Shown here one piece after another: positions 26,301-32,000 of a DNA stretch of 32,000 nucleotides. The translations under genes and the position numbers were made by a program. How positions within the stretch are numbered: the first letter of the stretch is position 1; each line of letters starts with the position of its first letter. Below the pieces are notes generated by a model, which saw only the letters and a list, made by a program, of their open reading frames with translations, was not told where the DNA came from and made no database searches. Where the stretch lies: NCBI GenBank assembly GCA_963675515.1, contig OY776328.1, positions 150,001 through 182,000 on the forward strand. The letters run 5' to 3'. The stretch comes from Coprobacillaceae bacterium. GTDB lineage: Bacteria; Bacillota_I; Bacilli_A; Erysipelotrichales; Coprobacillaceae.

Positions 26301-26533
26301 ATTTCCAGCAGCGATTCAACTTCACCTTGCTTGAACCCGTAAGTCCCCACGACTGACAAATCCCAATAATTATTGTCATTGAGATAGTCATTCATGCTTT
26401 TTTCCATAATCATGGGAGTAGACTGGAGTCCGGCAAAAATTGAAGAACCCAGGAAAATAATCAAAAATATTGATATGAACCTTGATTTAGCCTTCGAGAT
26501 GTTTTTGATTATGTTCTTATTAAACGTCTTCAT
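23396..26533 (-). CDS. ABC transporter permease with two FtsX domains (MacB-type, 8 TM) and a heptad-repeat stalk in the first extracytoplasmic domain
   Basis: The likely start is ATG 26533, 2 nt after the ATPase stop; the track uses GTG 26542. Residue numbers use track numbering. TM1 is at residues about 22-40. The outside domain spans 41-535 and contains 13 LxxYxxG heptads (280-370) and 14 xxL(D/E)xxK heptads (397-494). Three TM segments follow. TM5 is at about 705-725. The second outside domain spans about 726-915. Three more TM segments close the protein. Confidence 0.85.
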   Translation of the reverse strand: MKTFNKNIIKNISKAKSRFISIFLIIFLGSSIFAGLQSTPMIMEKSMNDYLNDNNYWDLSVVGTYGFKQGEVESLLEIENVEDVNLINRFDVVFENDTKTLGMVGYGYNDFSKSNLDLDSGSFPIAKDECVIDKTFSQVEGIEIGDLIELENDQGIEEFKVTAIANSSNYIAKAFRGINSINEGENYGFFAILNSGNENWIMPQDLYDIFDGYVYNQVDIQIADDQIFSSAYDQELEKVSQDVMAVLEPLYKAKYDQVIADTNEQIQEEQAKLDDALAKYQDGLVEYNEGLDQYNQGTDLLAQGNLDYQSGLAKYNQGLQEYLDGKEEYEYGLQKYNQGLGEYEAGLATYNSNLDIYNQSLATYQIQKADFDEAYEDYFLVDEQTRILLDGQKAELEAAKAELDATKSVLDQTEATLSQSKSQLDENKVLLDATKIQLDQAQGELESSKVTLDTAKNELAANDVELAKAKSLLDESKVELDDAKVQIDDGYLEIEKAKADLEDFEQGKLFTFTKDQNEGIDSFTQNAQAIQSLSYLFPIIFFLVAALVAMTTMTRMVEEQRIHNGTLLSLGYSKRNILNSYLLFVIIATLPATLIGVVFGINFFPAFIYYLYNLMMYDVFAPTKIFFDPGIVIITLLISVGIIMAVTWLVAAKELQEKPANLLRPKPPKQGKRILLERITPLWKRLSFNNKVTLRNIFRYKRRFLMSIIGIAGCTSLIVVAFGIKYSISQSLQRQFEQINLYDCEISYVSDSSNEQITELSDQLGNEGLLVNNYYKSIVEIDDKYVTLNVEVDDNYDKLLSLNEDGEKITIDDNTVAINHKLAEQLNVNVGDEIEILYQDDYYPVTVSNIITYYYGNVVYMNQSNFESLTDNSVTINKALVKGDLTKLDNDLIISQETNGEQQEEFKGQIQSIDTVIIILIVAAGFLALIVIYNLTNINIQERIVEVATIKVLGFYPREIYDYIFRENIYLSVIGSIVGLAAGKIIHYYLIITVELESVAFVRTVSWQTHVISFLITMAFTIAINFLMRRIVDNVDMIESLKSVE
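25061..25705 (-). repeat. In-frame 21-nt-periodic coding repeats (two heptad-repeat blocks) inside the FtsX permease gene
   Basis: Block A (25433-25705) encodes LAKYQDG LVEYNEG LDQYNQG TDLLAQG NLDYQSG LAKYNQG LQEYLDG KEEYEYG LQKYNQG LGEYEAG LATYNSN LDIYNQS LATYQIQ. Block B (25061-25354) encodes AELEAAK AELDATK SVLDQTE ATLSQSK SQLDENK VLLDATK IQLDQAQ GELESSK VTLDTAK NELAAND VELAKAK SLLDESK VELDDAK VQIDDGY. Confidence 0.9.
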
Positions 26534-26535
26534 CG

Positions 26536-27246
26536 CTACCACTCAATTTCGTCAATATCTTTTGGATTGCTGTTATGATATTGACTGTCAATCTGGCCGT
26601 TTTTCAAATGCATCACGATATCTGCCATTGGCGCTATGGCGCTGTTGTGGGTGATTACGACAACCGTCATCTGATATTTCTCTGTCATTTCCTTCAACAA
26701 TTTCAAAATATCCTTGCCGGTTTGGTAATCGAGGGCTCCTGTCGGTTCGTCACAAAGCAGCAGTTTCGGGTTCTTGGCGATTGCTCTTGCAATTGCCACC
26801 CGCTGCTGTTCACCACCGGAAAGCTGGGCTGGAAAATTATTCAGCCGATCCTGCAAACCGACCCGCTGCAATACCATCTGCGAGTCCAGGGGGTTCTTGG
26901 TGATCTGGCTGGCCAGATCCACATTCTCGATTGCTGTAAGATTTTGAATAAGATTATAAAACTGGAAAACGAAACCGATATCCTCGCGACGGTATCGGGT
27001 AAGTTGACGTTGCGTATATGCTTCAATATTTTTGCCATCAATTACTATCTTCCCAGAGCTTGCCTTGTCCATTCCACCAAGCAGATTCAATATTGTCGTT
27101 TTCCCGGCACCCGAAGGTCCGACCATTACCACGAACTTTCCCTTATCAATTGAAAAATTGACCTGGTTTGAAGCCTTGATGGTAATATCGCCAACCCTGT
27201 ATACTTTAGAAACATCGATAAATTCAATAAATTTTTCCAAATTCAC
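26536..27246 (-). CDS. ABC transporter ATP-binding protein, MacB/LolD-type partner of the FtsX permease
   Basis: Walker [10 protein letters not shown], signature LSGGEQQRV, Walker [13 protein letters not shown], switch ITHN. The start is GTG 27246, or TTG 27240, which is better spaced from the AGAGGA SD. Confidence 0.92.
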   Translation of the reverse strand: MNLEKFIEFIDVSKVYRVGDITIKASNQVNFSIDKGKFVVMVGPSGAGKTTILNLLGGMDKASSGKIVIDGKNIEAYTQRQLTRYRREDIGFVFQFYNLIQNLTAIENVDLASQITKNPLDSQMVLQRVGLQDRLNNFPAQLSGGEQQRVAIARAIAKNPKLLLCDEPTGALDYQTGKDILKLLKEMTEKYQMTVVVITHNSAIAPMADIVMHLKNGQIDSQYHNSNPKDIDEIEW

Positions 27247-27304
27247 ACATCCTCTTCTCTATTCTTAAGTCAAGATTATATAACTAAAATATAGATTATT
27301 TATT

Positions 27305-27322
27305 AACAAATTGCAACAAATT
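27305..27322 (-). promoter_or_regulatory. Tandem 8-bp direct repeat at the -35 region of the ABC operon promoter (candidate response-regulator site)
   Basis: The minus strand reads AATTTGTT-GC-AATTTGTT-AATAAATAATC-TATATT. The two identical octamers are spaced 10 bp centre to centre. TTGCAA, 17 nt, TATATT forms a candidate core promoter that overlaps them. Confidence 0.35.
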
Positions 27323-27332
27323 ACAAAATATG

Positions 27333-27362
27333 AAAAAAAACAGCTAACCTAAGTTAACTGTT
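27333..27362 (-). terminator. Intrinsic terminator of the purine permease gene
   Basis: Minus-strand RNA reads AACAGTTAAC-TTAG-GTTAGCTGTT (one mismatch) followed by TTTTTTTT, 7 nt after the stop. Confidence 0.75.
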
Positions 27363-27368
27363 TAATAT

Positions 27369-28679
27369 CTACAATGTGAAGTAGAAGACAAACAAAGCAA
27401 CCAGAACCCATACCGTAGGCGTAATTTCTTTCCAGTGTCCTGTGAATGTTTTTAATAATGCATATACGATAAATCCAATAGCGATACCGTTTGAGATTGA
27501 ATAATGCAATATCATAGTTATGATTACAAAGAACGCTGAAGCTGCAACGGTGAAATCATCCCACTCGATCCCAGCCAGCTGCTCTGCCATCAATACCCCG
27601 ACAACAACCAAGGCTGGAGCGGTTATGTAGTTGGTGAAAACCGACAGAACTGGGGCGAATATGATTGATAAGAAGAACATGATTCCTGTAACTACAGCTG
27701 TCAATCCGGTTCTACCTCCAGCACCGACACCCGCAGTTGATTCAACATATGATGTAACGGTTGAAGTACCCATGAATGCTCCAAACACTGACCCGATTGA
27801 ATCCGACAGCAATGCTTTTTCGATATCTTTCAACTCTCCCTTATCATTGACAAAACCGATTCTGTTGGCGATTGAAATCAATGTCCCGGTAGTGTCAAAG
27901 AAATCCAAGAATAAAATTGAGAATACTGCGATAGGGGTATTAGGATTGGAGAACAGTTCGCCAAATCCAGAGAAACAAAGACCAATCAGACTTGTATCCA
28001 ATTTGAATGAAATAATCTGGCTAGGCGCTTCTGGCATACCAGCTATACCAAAAAAACCTAGAATGACACCGACGATTGCCGTAATGACCAAGCCGATAAA
28101 AACAGCCCCGTTGATTTTTTTTGCCATCAGTATCAATGTCAAAATTATCCCAAAGATAGCAAGTAGCACTGTAGGGTTGGTGAAATCCCCAATACCTACA
28201 AATGTAGCATCATTTGCAACAACAATTCCTGCGTTCACCAGTCCGATGAATGCGATGAAAAAACCAATTCCGGCTCCGATAGCCAGTTTAAGTTGAGTCG
28301 GAATTGACTTGATAATCATGTTCCGAATCCCTGTGACAGATATCAAAATGAAAATAATTCCGCTGACAAAAACCGCAGCCAATGCCGCTGCAGGTGAAAA
28401 CCCATATGTCAAAATGACCGTATAGGTAAACAGAGCGTTGGCCCCCATGCCCGGTGCTAAGGCAACCGGATAATGTCCGACTATTCCCATGACAATTGAC
28501 GCAAAACCTGCCGATATTGCAGTAGCCAGGAATACACCATCATATGACAATCCGCCAATTTCAAGCATCGCTGGGTTAACAGCCAAAATATAAGCCATTG
28601 CCAAGAAAGTAGTAATTCCGGCAATGATTTCCTGGCGCACACTTGTATTGCGCTCTCTCAGTTTAAAAAATCTATCCAA
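27369..28679 (-). CDS. NCS2/AzgA-family purine (adenine/guanine/hypoxanthine) permease, PbuG/PbuO-like
   Basis: TTG start at 28679, with GAGAGG SD 8 nt upstream. The N-terminus MDRFFKLRERNTSVRQEIIAGITTFLAMAYILAVNP is the hallmark AzgA-family opening. About 13 hydrophobic segments. Promoter: TTGAAA (28738-28733), 16 nt, TATAAT (28716-28711). Confidence 0.88.
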   Translation of the reverse strand: MDRFFKLRERNTSVRQEIIAGITTFLAMAYILAVNPAMLEIGGLSYDGVFLATAISAGFASIVMGIVGHYPVALAPGMGANALFTYTVILTYGFSPAAALAAVFVSGIIFILISVTGIRNMIIKSIPTQLKLAIGAGIGFFIAFIGLVNAGIVVANDATFVGIGDFTNPTVLLAIFGIILTLILMAKKINGAVFIGLVITAIVGVILGFFGIAGMPEAPSQIISFKLDTSLIGLCFSGFGELFSNPNTPIAVFSILFLDFFDTTGTLISIANRIGFVNDKGELKDIEKALLSDSIGSVFGAFMGTSTVTSYVESTAGVGAGGRTGLTAVVTGIMFFLSIIFAPVLSVFTNYITAPALVVVGVLMAEQLAGIEWDDFTVAASAFFVIITMILHYSISNGIAIGFIVYALLKTFTGHWKEITPTVWVLVALFVFYFTL

Positions 28680-28860
28680 AACGAAAACCTCTCTTTCCTT
28701 TATAATTTGTATTATATCGATAGATTTTTAAATTTCAATATATATAATCATAAAATCATAATTTTCATCACAGCTCATTAACATATTTTTTAATTTGTGA
28801 AATTAAATGTCTTATTTTGTAAATATATTACATCCTAATAATAGATCCCAAATTTTCAAC

Positions 28861-28883
28861 AAAAAAGAAGGACGTTGCCCTTC
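28861..28883 (-). terminator. Intrinsic terminator of the mnmE-mscS operon
   Basis: Minus-strand RNA reads GAAGGGC-AAC-GTCCTTC followed by TTTTTT, immediately after the TAG stop. Confidence 0.75.
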
Positions 28884-29711
28884 CTATTTGATTATATGCA
28901 TATGGGGGTAAGGAATCTCGATATTTTCCTCTTTGAACCTTTTTAAGATTGCCATATTCAGATCCGCAGTAACCTTGTAACAATCAAGGAAGTCCTTGGT
29001 TGTTATGGACGCCCGGAGATTGATCGAGCTGTCCGCCAAAGCTGTTATGACTACCGGTATTTCCACTTGAGTATCGTCCTGTCTCACATCGATATATAGA
29101 GGATGTTTTTTGGCTTCATCCCTGATTATTTCAATAGCCTTGTCAATATCTGCCTCATAGGCAATTGAAATGACCAGTCTGGTCACCTTATAATCCTTGT
29201 TGTAACTGAAATTCTCAATAACTGACTGGTTCAATGTGGCATTAGGAACGATAAATGTTGTCTTGTCGAAAGTCTCTACTACCGAATGACGAATATTCAT
29301 CTGGATTATATAACCTTCGATCCCCTGGGCAGGCAAAGAGATATAATCGCCAATCTCAAATGGTTTGGAAATTGTCAGCATGAACCCGCTGACCACGCCA
29401 GATGCCGCTTCCTGTGATGCAAGACCTATGGTGACCGCAACAATCCCACCCGAAGCCAGAAGCGCGCCGCCGATGCTTTTCGTGAATGTGAATTCCATCA
29501 AAACGATCACAACCGCTATGACTTTCAAACATGTTATCATAACCTTGATAATCAGCTTCTTGTTTTCCAAGGTTGTCCTGTTGACACCTTTTCTTATGAT
29601 CTTGAATAAGATTTTACTTGCTAAAAAAACTCCAATTATCAAGATCAATCCGTTGAGAGCCCCATCAACGAAGAGTTTGTCCAAACTCGCCAATAATTCT
29701 TTTGAATCCAT
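28884..29711 (-). CDS. Small-conductance mechanosensitive channel (MscS family)
   Basis: GGAGG SD lies 5 nt upstream. Three N-terminal TM segments, the last Gly/Ala-rich (GGALLASGGIVAVTIGLASQEAASGVVSGFMLTISKPFEIGDYI). A beta-domain follows (IEGYIIQMNIRHSVVETFDKTTFIVPNATL). Confidence 0.88.
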   Translation of the reverse strand: MDSKELLASLDKLFVDGALNGLILIIGVFLASKILFKIIRKGVNRTTLENKKLIIKVMITCLKVIAVVIVLMEFTFTKSIGGALLASGGIVAVTIGLASQEAASGVVSGFMLTISKPFEIGDYISLPAQGIEGYIIQMNIRHSVVETFDKTTFIVPNATLNQSVIENFSYNKDYKVTRLVISIAYEADIDKAIEIIRDEAKKHPLYIDVRQDDTQVEIPVVITALADSSINLRASITTKDFLDCYKVTADLNMAILKRFKEENIEIPYPHMHIIK

Positions 29712-29722
29712 TTATACCTCCA

Positions 29723-29944
29723 TCACTTCCGCTTTAAAACAAATAATATCAATTTTAAGACAAGATACTGTACAAAACTGATGATCAATAGAGTCAGAGC
29801 GAAATAGGCTATAATCCCCATAATAGTTATGAACAGGCTCAATATGAACGCAACAACAAACACGATCAAGGCAAAAATCACTGCCCTGAAAATGTAGATA
29901 CTGTATTTTTCGTATGAATATATTATCACTTCTTTGCGGCTCAT
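29723..29944 (-). CDS. Hypothetical 73-aa two-TM membrane protein
   Basis: The ATG lies 1 nt after the mnmE stop, and the stop lies 11 nt before the MscS start. Two hydrophobic helices (AVIFALIVFVVAFILSLFITIMGIIAYFALTLLIISFVQYLVLKLILFVL) are flanked by basic residues. The SD is weak (AGGTAAG). No family recognised. Confidence 0.55.
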   Translation of the reverse strand: MSRKEVIIYSYEKYSIYIFRAVIFALIVFVVAFILSLFITIMGIIAYFALTLLIISFVQYLVLKLILFVLKRK

Positions 29945-29945
29945 T

Positions 29946-31280
29946 CTACTTACCTATGCAGAATCTCTTGAACAGTTCGTCCAGAAGATCTTCCTTGGCT
30001 TCTTGCCCTAAGATTTCTTTGATGCAACTCCATGCTTCATACAGGTCCTCAACAACCAGATCAGGTGGAATCATGTTGTTCATCGCCTCAATCGCACTGT
30101 CAAGAGACTGGCTGGCTTTAAACAGAAGCTGATTTTGACGCAAATTCGTCAATATGTGGTCGCTGTTTTTGGCTATCTTGCCCAGATCGAACAATTTCTT
30201 TATTTCCCCAATCAATTCGTGAATATCCTGATTCTTGGCACTGATTTTCACACCATCGATTTCAACTTTCAATCCCTGATCACACTTATTGATGACCGTG
30301 ATCCGATTTGTTCCACTTGTGAGTTCAAACAACTCAAGATCTTCATCCGACAATTCCATGGATCCGTCGACAACCAAAAGCACCAGGTCGGCCCGGTTGA
30401 TAAGTTCCCTCGACTTTGAGACCCCGATCGCTTCAATCATATTGTCAGTTTCCCTTATCCCGGCTGTATCAATTATATTCAATAATATTCCGTCAATTGA
30501 AATATCTCCCTCAACAACATCACGGGTTGTTCCCGCGATATCGGTCACAATAGCTTTGTCTTCTTTAAGAAGCGCATTAAGCAGGCTGCTTTTACCGACA
30601 TTAGGTTTTCCGATAATAACTGTAGAAATCCCATCCTTTATCAGTTTGACGTTTTTCGAATCTTCAAGTATCCGCGCCATTTTTTCCTTAAGGTTGGCAG
30701 ATCTCTCCAGAAGAACTTCGGTAGTAAGCTGTTCGATATCCAAATATTCGGGATAATCAATATTTACCTCTATATTCGTTATCAGTGCGATCAATTCCTC
30801 TTCAAGGTCGTTTATGAATGTCGATATGCTACCCTGAATACCTTTGAGCGCCAGCTGGCTTGCAATTTCATTTTTTGCAGTAATCAAATCAAGGACCGCC
30901 TCGGACTGGGCCAAATCGATTCGGCCATTCAAAAAGGCCCGCTTGGTGAACTCGCCACGTTCAGCCATTCTTGCTCCATTGTTCAAGCAAAGTTGCAACA
31001 CCTGATTGGTGATAAACACACCGCCGTGGCAGCTGATTTCCACCATTTCCTCACCGGTAAAAGTTTTGCTGCCCCGGTAAATGCTTACCATGACCTCATC
31101 CACCTTATGGTCGCCATCTTTTAAAAAACCATATGTAATGGTGTGGCTTGGCTTAGTGGATATCTTGCCGGTAAAAAATGATTGGACAAAAGCAATGCAC
31201 TCTTTCCCAGAAACTCTTATGACCGATATGGCCGCCTCCAACCGACTTGTTGCAATCGCAACAATTATATCATCTTCCAT
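29946..31280 (-). CDS. mnmE: tRNA modification GTPase MnmE (TrmE)
   Basis: MEDDIIVAIATSRLEAAISVIRVSG (N-terminal domain), G1 GKPNVGKSSLLNAL, G3 DTAGIRET, NKCD, and the C-terminal motif FCIGK. Start set to ATG 31280; the track start 31319 adds 13 non-conserved residues. Confidence 0.93.
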   Translation of the reverse strand: MEDDIIVAIATSRLEAAISVIRVSGKECIAFVQSFFTGKISTKPSHTITYGFLKDGDHKVDEVMVSIYRGSKTFTGEEMVEISCHGGVFITNQVLQLCLNNGARMAERGEFTKRAFLNGRIDLAQSEAVLDLITAKNEIASQLALKGIQGSISTFINDLEEELIALITNIEVNIDYPEYLDIEQLTTEVLLERSANLKEKMARILEDSKNVKLIKDGISTVIIGKPNVGKSSLLNALLKEDKAIVTDIAGTTRDVVEGDISIDGILLNIIDTAGIRETDNMIEAIGVSKSRELINRADLVLLVVDGSMELSDEDLELFELTSGTNRITVINKCDQGLKVEIDGVKISAKNQDIHELIGEIKKLFDLGKIAKNSDHILTNLRQNQLLFKASQSLDSAIEAMNNMIPPDLVVEDLYEAWSCIKEILGQEAKEDLLDELFKRFCIGK

Positions 31281-31441
31281 CTTTATCCTACTTTCATCTA
31301 TATTAAACAAAACAATCATTTATTTATATGCTTCTATATTAATTTACCACATTTTTCCAATTAAACAAGTTTGGATACTGTGTTATTTTTTTTAATCGTC
31401 ATATGTGCTATAATGTGACCATGAACAAGAAGGAGAAACCC

Positions 31442-32000
31442 ATGAAATTAGGATTAATAGGCAGTGGACAAATTGTACAAACGGTTTTGGACTTTATATT
31501 CGATATAGAAGGTATTGAAGTCGTGTCGCTGTATTGTAGAGATGCCAACAAGGGTCACGAACTGACCATAAACACAGGCATTACCCATTACGGCGATTAC
31601 CAGGAGTTCCTGAACAGCGATATCGACACGGTATATGTGGGAATTTCAAATTACATGCATTACGAATTCACCAAATCGGCTTTGCTTAGAGGGAAAAATG
31701 CCATTGTCGAAAAATCATTCACGCTAAATCTTGTAGACGCCATTGAACTCAAAGAAATTGCGCTAAAAAACAATCTATATCTTTTCGAAGCAATCACAAA
31801 CATTCACCTTCCCGAATTCAAGAACATCAAAGATCAGATCCAAAATATCGGTAATGTCAAGATTGTCAGCTGCAATTATTCCCAATATTCATCACGCTAC
31901 GATGCGTTCAAAAAAGGTGAAATACTGCCTGCTTTCGACAAAACAAAGGGAGGTGGAGCCCTGTTCGATTTGAACATTTACAATATCCACTTTGTAGTTG
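31442..32000 (+). CDS. Gfo/Idh/MocA-family NAD(P)-dependent oxidoreductase, N-terminal 186 codons; continues beyond the right edge
   Basis: Not in the ORF track because there is no stop in the window. Extended -10 TGCTATAAT (31406-31414). AAGGAG lies 7 nt upstream of ATG 31442. MKLGLIGSGQIVQTVLDFI (Rossmann GxGxxG), VYVGISNYMHYEFTKSALLRGKNAIVEKSF (family EKP-like motif). Open to position 32000. Confidence 0.78.
   Translation, partial: MKLGLIGSGQIVQTVLDFIFDIEGIEVVSLYCRDANKGHELTINTGITHYGDYQEFLNSDIDTVYVGISNYMHYEFTKSALLRGKNAIVEKSFTLNLVDAIELKEIALKNNLYLFEAITNIHLPEFKNIKDQIQNIGNVKIVSCNYSQYSSRYDAFKKGEILPAFDKTKGGGALFDLNIYNIHFVV

Noticed and set aside
27631-28296. A 221-aa plus-strand ORF opposite the purine permease gene.
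   Set aside because: This is the same artefact of codon-aligned antisense to a hydrophobic membrane protein. There are no translation signals and no recognisable domain.
28680-28860. A purine (guanine/adenine) riboswitch upstream of the PbuG-like permease, as seen in B. subtilis.
   Set aside because: The 200-bp leader is extremely AT-rich. It lacks the conserved purine-aptamer loops and junction, and no three-way junction can be drawn. Only a promoter (TTGAAA-16-TATAAT) and an SD are evident.
1-32000. An alternative genetic code (Mollicutes code 4), or a mobile element, prophage or defence island.
   Set aside because: Several well-defined genes end in TGA at the expected length (pdxR, the DUF1113 gene, marR, the second ABC gene, the YffB-like gene), and conserved Trp positions use TGG. 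No integrase, transposase, recombinase, phage structural gene, restriction-modification, Cas, nuclease/helicase defence gene, flanking direct repeats or tRNA attachment site were found.

Overview
This 32-kb window is a tightly packed chromosomal segment of a low-GC Bacillota (Firmicutes)-type genome. It reads in the standard bacterial code: TGA is used as a stop and Trp is TGG. I support 32 protein-coding genes, one lysine (L-box) riboswitch, about a dozen intrinsic terminators and several promoter/operator candidates. I see no rRNA, tRNA, CRISPR array, transposase, integrase or phage gene.

Gene content, left to right:
- gdpP (partial; runs off the left edge, so it is missing from the ORF track) with a yybS-like partner
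- a short GH36-type glycosidase
- a SulP/STAS anion transporter
- pdxR divergent from pdxS-pdxT
- rpsF-ssb-rpsR
- ispD
- a RelP/RelQ-type small alarmone synthetase
- an L-box-controlled ACT-dapA-dapB-lysA operon
- a DUF1113/CmpB-like membrane protein
- marR plus a heterodimeric ABC exporter with one degenerate ATP site
- an SdpR/SdpI-like repressor/immunity pair without toxin genes
- a membrane-anchored AhpD-like protein
- a YffB/ArsC-like thioredoxin-fold protein coupled to a cytoplasmic Zn-phospholipase-C-fold protein
- a MacB-type ABC pair whose double-FtsX permease contains a long two-armed heptad-repeat stalk
- an AzgA/PbuG-type purine permease
- an operon of mnmE, a 73-aa membrane protein and MscS
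- a Gfo/Idh/MocA oxidoreductase (partial at the right edge, also absent from the track)

The order mnmE ... rpsF-ssb-rpsR ... yybS-gdpP, all on the minus strand, mirrors the origin-proximal left replichore of Bacillus subtilis. Many track ORFs begin too far upstream, so I re-set starts from Shine-Dalgarno (SD) spacing.

Bottom line: I do not see the hallmarks of a defence island or a clear-cut novel multi-gene system. The most unusual object is the stalk-bearing FtsX permease/ATPase pair (23.4-27.2 kb). Next are the toxin-less SdpR/SdpI module, whose core promoter is bracketed by two 26-bp operators, and the L-box operon led by a stand-alone aspartokinase-beta-like ACT protein. All family assignments come from motif recognition by eye; no searches were run.
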